Assembly: GCF_000143415.4 (NCBI RefSeq)
Contig: NW_003314298.1
Span: forward strand, 1,333,250-1,397,249
DNA from: Selaginella moellendorffii
Lineage: Eukaryota; Plantae; Lycopodiophyta
Reading direction: 5' to 3'
Length of the DNA stretch: 64,000 bases
Made by a program: the position numbers and the translations under genes. This document shows positions 61,561-64,000 of this stretch, one piece after another (within the stretch, counting starts at the first letter, position 1; the number at the start of each line of letters is the position of its first letter). The notes under the pieces were generated by a model. That model saw only the letters and a list, made by a program, of their open reading frames with translations. It did not search any database and was not told where the DNA came from.

Positions 61561-62013
61561 TGAAAAAGTTACAATTAGTTTTTGAACATTTAATTAAATT
61601 ACCTTTGTGAGGGCCAAGTGTATGGCTATGATGCTGTATACTAATATTAGCGTAGTGGGATTTTGGTAGCTATCGGATTGATTTCAATTCAGACCACTCA
61701 CTCTTGTATATAAGCTAAGGTTTTTGGGCTAATTGATATGCACATTTTTATATTCCCTTTCCATATTCCATACACTCACATTGGTGGAGATGAGAGGCAC
61801 CTTTGATTGTCCCTGGGGAGTGCTTAAATTTGGGATTTCAATTTAGATTTAGCTTTTGCATTGTTTAGATTTAGCTTTTTCCATTTCCTTTCTTTTGTTA
61901 TTTCCTTTTAGGATTTTGGTTTAAATCTAGCTTTTTGCATTTTCTAGATCTACCATTTCCTTCTAGCTTTTTGTCATTTCTCTTCTTTTGCTCTTTCTTT
62001 TTCATTCGTCTCC

Positions 62014-62946
62014 ATGGCAGATCAACAATCTCTTCCTTTGACTCTGGAGCAGTAGTTGGTGCAATTGCTTGATATTATGCACTTGCAATTGAACAACCAA
62101 ACTCAATTGATGGCGACGTTCACGACACATGGTACAACTCCTCCTGCTCTTGGTGCCAATCCTTGCGTTTGGCCGGAGTTCTTTCGCGGGAATCTTGGGG
62201 ATGATGTGTACCATTGGTTCAATCATTTTACGGTGATTGCCACATATCATTCTTGGGATGATGCTCGACGTTTGCGTGAGTTTCCCATGTGTCTCCAAGG
62301 GACGGCGTTGCAGTGGTACAACGGTTTGGGAGCAGCCACTCGCGGGGATTGGAGTGTTCTTCCAGCTGTCTTCAAACGTGCCTTCAGACATGCCGATGAC
62401 TGTGATGATGCTTTCCAACAATTGCATCGTCTTCACCAAGGGCCATTTGAGTCAGTGATGCAATTTGGTGTTCGTTTCCGAAGTCTTTTGCTTCGTGTGG
62501 AGCCAAATATATTAGAGTGGATCAAGCTAGGAATGTTGTGGCCAGCACTTCGTCAAGATCTTGTCGGACTTGTGCATGCACTTGCTCCCGCCACCTTTGA
62601 CGATGCTCTTTGCTTGGTGCAAAGTTATGAGACGTCGCCTCTTCCACTTCTCGCTACACGTCTTTCAACTCCACTTCCTGTGGGTGATGGTCCTGTTCCA
62701 ATGGAGGTTGATGCTACTGCTGCTCGAGCCCAAGGTCAAGGGCGAGGACGTGGTCATGGTCATGATATTCGCTGTTGGGCATGTGATGAAGTTGGTCATA
62801 CTTATCGGCGTTGTCGGCATTTTCCAGATTGGCGACCTCCATTTCCTGGGTGGAGACTTTGGCGTCAGCAACGTCCCGTTGGTGCTGCTGCAATGGAAGG
62901 TTTGGACACTGAGATGCATCCGGGAAACGAGGAGTCGTGCGAGTAA
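62014..62946 (+). CDS. gag: Gag (one premature TAG at 62053)
   Basis: ATG 62014 in frame; retrotransposon gag-like LQGTALQWY; zinc knuckle CWACDEVGHTYRRC. Confidence 0.85.
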
Positions 62947-64000
62947 CGGAGGGACCTTACGCGAATAAGTTAGTGACCCCTCCATCTTTCTTTCGGGAGT
63001 ATCATCAAGGGGTTCACTCGGCACCAGTTCATTCAGTGTTTACTTTCCAAGCTCGTCTTTATAACAAGAGGTCTCCTATTATTCTCTCTATGTTGGTTGA
63101 TACAGGTTCGAGTTTATCTTCTATTGCTCGACCTATTGCCATATATTGTCGTCTACACTTGCGTCGTGCGACGGAACTAGTTTTCATTCTTTATGGCAAC
63201 GGCCGTACACATGCATGTGCATGGGATGAGGCAGACCTAGTTGTGCGTGTGGGCGATCTCGATCTCGAGTTGCAATCGTTGCGGGTGGTGCCGAGTCAAG
63301 CTTTTGACCTTATTCTTGGTATGGATTGGTTGCAGCGCAATCATGCCAAGTGTGACTTTGAGGCTTCTCCCCCTTGTTTCATACTTCCTTATGTTTCATC
63401 CATTTCTTTCACTTCTGTACCTCTTCGTCCCTCTACTTCTACCTTTGCTTCCATTACTTTTGTTTCCCCACTATTTCCTCCTGTGTTTCCATCTTGTTCT
63501 ACTCTTCCCTTTTCCGATCCCTCTGACGATCTTTGTGTTGCAGCCATTGACCGGCTCATGAAGGAGTATTCTGATCTCTTTGACTTTGACCTATCATCTG
63601 GAGCCAAGATTGCCACACGTCATTGGATTCTAACTAGGGATGCTCATCCAATCAAGGTTCCTATTCATCGTCGGTCACCAAAGGAGATCAAGATTTTACG
63701 TGCAAATGTCAAGAAGATGTTGGAGAAGGGTGTTATTTGGAAGTTGCGGAGTCCTTGGGTATGTGAACTTCATCTTGTGACGAAGCCTGATGGGAGTATT
63801 CATTTCTGCATTGACTATCGTCTGTTAAACGATGTAACAATCCCGGATGTGTACCCTCTTCCTCACACTGCTGATCTCTTGGATCGTTTGGGGCGAAGTC
63901 GTTGGTTCACCAAGCTAGATCTTGCTTCTGGGTACTGGCAAGTACCGATGGCCGAAGAAGATATTCCTAAGACTGTTTTTTGTACACCATTTGGTTTGTA
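62922..64000 (+). CDS. pol: Pol (protease and RT N-terminus) in the -1 frame, open to window end
   Basis: Hand translation: MLVDTGSS, DLILGMDWL, SPW...KPDGS..FCIDYR.LN, YPLP, FTKLDLASGYWQ, KTVFCTPFGL; no stop. Absent from the ORF track because it is unterminated. Confidence 0.9.

Larger units (their letters stand above)
61606..64000 (+). mobile_element. Young Ty3/gypsy LTR retrotransposon (runs off window)
   Basis: LTR 61606-61780 with TGTGAG...CTCACA ends; PBS TGGTGGAGATG at 61782; gag followed by pol. Confidence 0.95.

Overview
Eukaryotic land-plant nuclear DNA. GC-rich exons with ~60-70 nt introns, PLS-class PPR genes and CpG-depleted retroelements fit a lycophyte such as Selaginella (inference). 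1-5.8 kb: decayed Ty3/gypsy remnants surround one intact, very AT-rich, intronless secreted bulb-type (B-)lectin ORF (2772-3593, minus). 5.8-51.75 kb: a nested tandem array. An ancestral unit (TATA promoter and short spliced ORF, PPR fragment, NIF/FCP1-like phosphatase, stearoyl-ACP desaturase, AT-rich spacer) was amplified, eroded by microhomology deletions, invaded by gypsy, TRIM, hAT and MITE elements, then duplicated as a ~25 kb block. No intact desaturase copy remains. 51.8-61.6 kb: unique genes (intact A1 aspartic protease, an unrecognised 154-aa ORF, a CCAAT-box tandem repeat, an EEF1AKMT4-like pseudogene, an intact PPR gene, a P450 pseudogene). 61.6-64 kb: a young gypsy element with a 175-bp LTR, tRNA-Ala PBS and a canonical -1 frameshift cassette (G GGA AAC plus a predicted H-type pseudoknot) joining gag to an open pol. 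Two N gaps: 41776-42420 and 43673-43772.
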